From an uncultured Gammaproteobacteria bacterium (GTDB taxonomy: Bacteria; Patescibacteriota; Patescibacteriia; Patescibacteriales; CAYTAV01), in assembly GCA_964435875.1 (NCBI GenBank), contig CAYTAV010000001.1, positions 2,318 through 66,317 on the forward strand: a stretch of 64,000 nt of DNA, written 5' to 3'. The stretch's first letter is position 1; each line of letters begins with the position of its first letter. Positions 61,133 to 64,000 of the stretch are shown piece by piece. The position numbers were made by a program, and so were the translations under genes. The notes below the pieces were generated by a model. The model saw nothing but the letters and a program-made list of their open reading frames with translations, did not search any database and had not been told where the DNA came from.

Positions 61133-62047
61133 TTATTCGATAACGCTCGATATCTCATCAGGCAAGGGCGCGTCATATTCCACATAAGTACCGGCAAGAC
61201 TATGGAATCCCAGCTTGCAGGAATGCAGGAATATTCTTTTGGTTCCCAGTTTCTTGTTATTGATCTTCGAAATGCGGGTGCCATACAAGTCGTCGCCGAC
61301 GATCGGATGGCCGATCGCTGAAAGGTGGGCGCGAATTTGATGCGTGCGTCCCGTTTTCGGACAGACATCGAGCAGAGTGTAGCGGCCTGTCCTTATTTTG
61401 ACCGAATAGCTGGTGAACGAATTCTTGCCTTCGCCGCCGCGCGGCCGCGCGGCGGTCTTGCCAGTTCTTTTCGATCTTGCCAGCGGAAAATCGATCGCAC
61501 CTTCGTCGCTCCGGACGCTACCATACACGATCGCCTGGTAGCGCTTGACAACCTTGCGAATTTTGAATTGGCGGGAGAGGGATTCAAACATGCGCTCGTT
61601 TCTGGCGATGACGAGCGCCCCGCTTACATCCTTGTCTAAGCGGTGCACGATACCGGGGCGGTCAGGATCATGTCCTACCCGGCTGATCTCAGGAAAATTT
61701 TTGATCACACAGTCGATCAGCGATGGATGCTTATCCGTTGTAGATGCATGAACAGCGATTCCGGCCGGTTTGTCGACAACCAAATAATCATCACAAGCGA
61801 AAACGACCGGAATGTCGGGGCATACGCTTGTACCCGCCTTTACGATCGATTTTTCCTCGAGCGGTTCCATGATGATTTCATCCCCTATCTTGAGCGGCCG
61901 ATGCGCTTTCGCAACGACGCAGTTGACCCGTACCAAGCCTATATCGATCAGGCGTTTGATACTGGAACGTGAGTGCGCAGGATCGCGGGCGGCCAGGAAA
62001 GCGTCCAGCCTTGCGCCGGCATCATTTTCAGTTGCAATATATTTCAT
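61133..62047 (-). CDS. RluA-family 23S rRNA/tRNA pseudouridine synthase (RluD-like, with S4 domain)
   Basis: N-terminal S4-like RLD.FL.........S....I..G.V.VN and the catalytic HRLDKDVSGALV. The K.Y.A.V.G and HQIR.HL blocks are also present. Confidence 0.85.
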   Translation of the reverse strand: MKYIATENDAGARLDAFLAARDPAHSRSSIKRLIDIGLVRVNCVVAKAHRPLKIGDEIIMEPLEEKSIVKAGTSVCPDIPVVFACDDYLVVDKPAGIAVHASTTDKHPSLIDCVIKNFPEISRVGHDPDRPGIVHRLDKDVSGALVIARNERMFESLSRQFKIRKVVKRYQAIVYGSVRSDEGAIDFPLARSKRTGKTAARPRGGEGKNSFTSYSVKIRTGRYTLLDVCPKTGRTHQIRAHLSAIGHPIVGDDLYGTRISKINNKKLGTKRIFLHSCKLGFHSLAGTYVEYDAPLPDEISSVIE

Positions 62048-62050
62048 AAG

Positions 62051-63466
62051 TCATCTTTCAATTAGGTCAAGCAGTTCTTCGCGGGTGATGCCCCGGAACA
62101 GGTATAGCGAGCCGAGATAGATCAAGCCTCCGGCAGCGACCGCTAGAAGGATCGGCAATCCCGGTAACAAGAGCAGGAAAAGCGCCATCAGGCAGGATGC
62201 GGCTGCTGACTTGAGTATGATCGACAGATCCGGGAAAAAGCCGGCATAGCGCGCAGAATAATAGAGGGAAAAAAGCATGATCACTGCTTCGCTGTAGATC
62301 GTGACCCAGGCTGCCCCGTATAGGCCGTATTTTGGGATGAACAGCGCATAGCCTGCGACCGCCGTGATAGCCGTGAAAGCATAGGCCGGTATAGTTTTTT
62401 TCTGCGCTCCGACCGCGATGATCGCATGAGCTGGTACCGAGCCGATATAGATCGCCGCCGCCGCCGCCGACAGTATTCCGAGGACCGGACCTGATCCGGT
62501 AAAGTCGCTGCCAGCGACCAGCGACATGATAGCCGTCCCGGTAAGACCCGCGCCGAATATAAGCGGAACGGCAAGAATAGCCATCGCGTTGAAAGATTTC
62601 TGAAAAACGGCTCTGAAAGCATTAAGGTCGCGCGCGCTCCAGGAACGCGACAGTATCGGTAGAACAATGCCGCAGAAGATGAAAGGTATCGTCACGACCA
62701 CGTCGATGACCTTGTAGGCGGCGCCGTAGATCCCGACTTCTTTCTGCGATTTCCAGAGCGAAAGCAGGAGCGTATCGGTCTTGAGATAAAGCAGGTTAAG
62801 GATTATCGTTATCGAGAGCGGCCAAGCAAACTTGAATGTTTCTTTCCATACTTCGCGGTCGAATGCGAACGATATCTTGAAAAAAGCCCTTGAGTAGGCG
62901 TAAAGAGCGATGAAATTCGCGATACTGCCAGCGACCGACGCGATTATATAACCATGCAGGCCGGCGTTCTCCCGGTGCGAGATTATCACGCCCAAGAGCA
63001 TGACCGCCCGTCCGAATACTTCGGCGATCGATACTTTATCCATGCGCAGATTCGTCTGAAACAGCCCGACCAGCACCTGGTTAAGAGCAATGAATACGAA
63101 CGAAGCCGCGCCGATCGCGATACCGCCATTGATCTCTGCGGAATACGGGAATGCAAGTGCGATCAGCGGAGCGAGGGAAAGGAAGACGGCAGCGCTCGCC
63201 AGGCGCAGGGTAAACAGGTTGCTTAGTATGCGCTGACGGTCGATTCCGGGCTTGTTGATCATCTGCACGGTAACCAGCGTCAGGCCGAAATCAGCGATGA
63301 TCCCGAAGAAAGACAGGAATGTTATGATCGTCGTGTAAGCGCCGAATCCTTCCGTGCCTAGCCCGCGCGCCATTACTGCAATCGCAAAAAGCCCCAAGGC
63401 AGTTGCGGCGACTTTGCTTATGAATTGGGCAATCGCGTTATAAGCGACTTTTGTCGATAATTTCAT
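62051..63466 (-). CDS. MOP-superfamily flippase (polysaccharide biosynthesis / Wzx- or MurJ-like)
   Basis: About 12-14 TM helices over 471 aa, with N-terminal N...Q...K......L block typical of oligosaccharide flippases. Confidence 0.6.
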   Translation of the reverse strand: MKLSTKVAYNAIAQFISKVAATALGLFAIAVMARGLGTEGFGAYTTIITFLSFFGIIADFGLTLVTVQMINKPGIDRQRILSNLFTLRLASAAVFLSLAPLIALAFPYSAEINGGIAIGAASFVFIALNQVLVGLFQTNLRMDKVSIAEVFGRAVMLLGVIISHRENAGLHGYIIASVAGSIANFIALYAYSRAFFKISFAFDREVWKETFKFAWPLSITIILNLLYLKTDTLLLSLWKSQKEVGIYGAAYKVIDVVVTIPFIFCGIVLPILSRSWSARDLNAFRAVFQKSFNAMAILAVPLIFGAGLTGTAIMSLVAGSDFTGSGPVLGILSAAAAAIYIGSVPAHAIIAVGAQKKTIPAYAFTAITAVAGYALFIPKYGLYGAAWVTIYSEAVIMLFSLYYSARYAGFFPDLSIILKSAAASCLMALFLLLLPGLPILLAVAAGGLIYLGSLYLFRGITREELLDLIER

Positions 63467-63589
63467 CTGCAGCCGGAGATTTTATCGCTATTATTAATAT
63501 TGTACCTGCAAATTGGCTCGAAAGCCAGTTTCCTGATATAATATAGAGGCAGGATACAAATATTAGCTTAAAATATAAGAAAAAGCAAT

Positions 63590-64000
63590 ATGCTTAAAGA
63601 ATCAATTCTTTCTTTTTCAGCAATTCTTTACAGGTCCAGAACCTGCTTCTTGGCGGCGTTCATTTTCGCTTCATTATTCCTGCAGCTAGCTCAGGATGCT
63701 TGTGCGGGAGATCTCTTGAACCAGGTTACGCAAGGCCAGGCAGGGATCAGCGAGGTTGGACAGGTATTCGGCGCAAACGGAGAAAATCGCGATATCCGGG
63801 CGATCGTCGCCGCATATGTAAAGATTTTTCTCGGCTTTCTCGGACTGATCTTCATAATCATCATCATAGTCGCCGGATTCAAATGGATGACCTCGCAGGG
63901 CGACTCGAACAAGGTCGAAGATGCGCGTAAACAGCTCCAGCACGGCGTTATCGGACTCTTGATCGTGCTCGCGGCTTGGGGAATCGCCCTGTTCGCAATC
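63590..64000 (+). CDS. Canonical short T4SS-pilin-like (TrbC/VirB2-like) protein, 3' end outside the window
   Basis: My translation is MLKESILSFSAILYRSRTCFLAAFIFASLFLQLA...IFLGFLGLIFIIIIIVAGFKWMTSQGDSNKVEDARKQLQHGVIGLLIVLAAWGIALFAI. This gives a signal peptide, helix 1, a G.SNKVEDAR loop and helix 2. It is absent from the ORF track because it runs off the end of the window. Confidence 0.7.
   Translation, partial: MLKESILSFSAILYRSRTCFLAAFIFASLFLQLAQDACAGDLLNQVTQGQAGISEVGQVFGANGENRDIRAIVAAYVKIFLGFLGLIFIIIIIVAGFKWMTSQGDSNKVEDARKQLQHGVIGLLIVLAAWGIALFAI

Noticed and set aside
1-64000. Alternative genetic code (UGA recoding, as in some candidate-phyla lineages).
   Set aside because: TGA terminates conserved proteins at their expected ends, for example LemA at 3152-3154 and the histidine kinase at 54711-54713. 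Long conserved genes (rpoB, rpoC) are uninterrupted, so the standard code fits.

Overview
This is a 64 kb bacterial chromosomal window using the standard genetic code. It is densely coded, with many hairpin plus T-tract terminators between convergent genes. The gene content looks like a reduced-genome Patescibacteria/CPR-type organism; this is an inference, since no database search was possible. All calls come from motif and architecture recognition in the supplied translations and from reading the DNA.

Housekeeping content:
- rpoB-rpoC, ruvA, a yebC-methyltransferase-ruvC block, greA, htpX and lemA
- FemAB-like and Mur-ligase cell-wall genes, a U32 peptidase and an M18 aminopeptidase
- TrmH and RluA-type RNA-modification enzymes, a GH130 enzyme and a PQQ-type dehydrogenase
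- a DHH phosphoesterase, two two-component systems and a lone porB
- six tRNAs: Asp on the minus strand, and a plus-strand array of Ile, fMet, Phe, Pro and Gly

Two accessory loci stand out.
1. 26.6-31.2 kb, minus strand. Five genes form a tight operon. Three paralogous TrbC/VirB2-like 'T4SS-pilin' membrane cores are fused to extremely cysteine-rich ectodomains. One ends in a lytic-transglycosylase-like (SLT) domain. Another ends in a possible LAS-type zinc-hydrolase motif set. They are interleaved with two small anchored or secreted partner genes. A fourth, canonical short paralog starts at 63590.
2. 45.1-51.8 kb. An ECF sigma factor lies divergent from two large secreted Asn/Thr/Gly-rich repeat proteins that look like beta-solenoid or curli-like fibre subunits. 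The second ends in a dockerin module. The next gene encodes a cohesin-like module plus putative wall-binding repeats.

Smaller oddities:
- an initiator tRNA with C33 and an A1.A72 mismatch
- a tRNA-Asp embedded in a 20-bp extended helix
- a kinase-less PAS paralog overlapping a histidine-kinase stop
- a DUF4258 / Avd-like / DUF2283 trio upstream of the orphan porB
- a 14-bp x3 tandem repeat at a gene junction
- a perfect 132-bp intragenic duplication

No CRISPR array, rRNA, transposase or integrase was seen.
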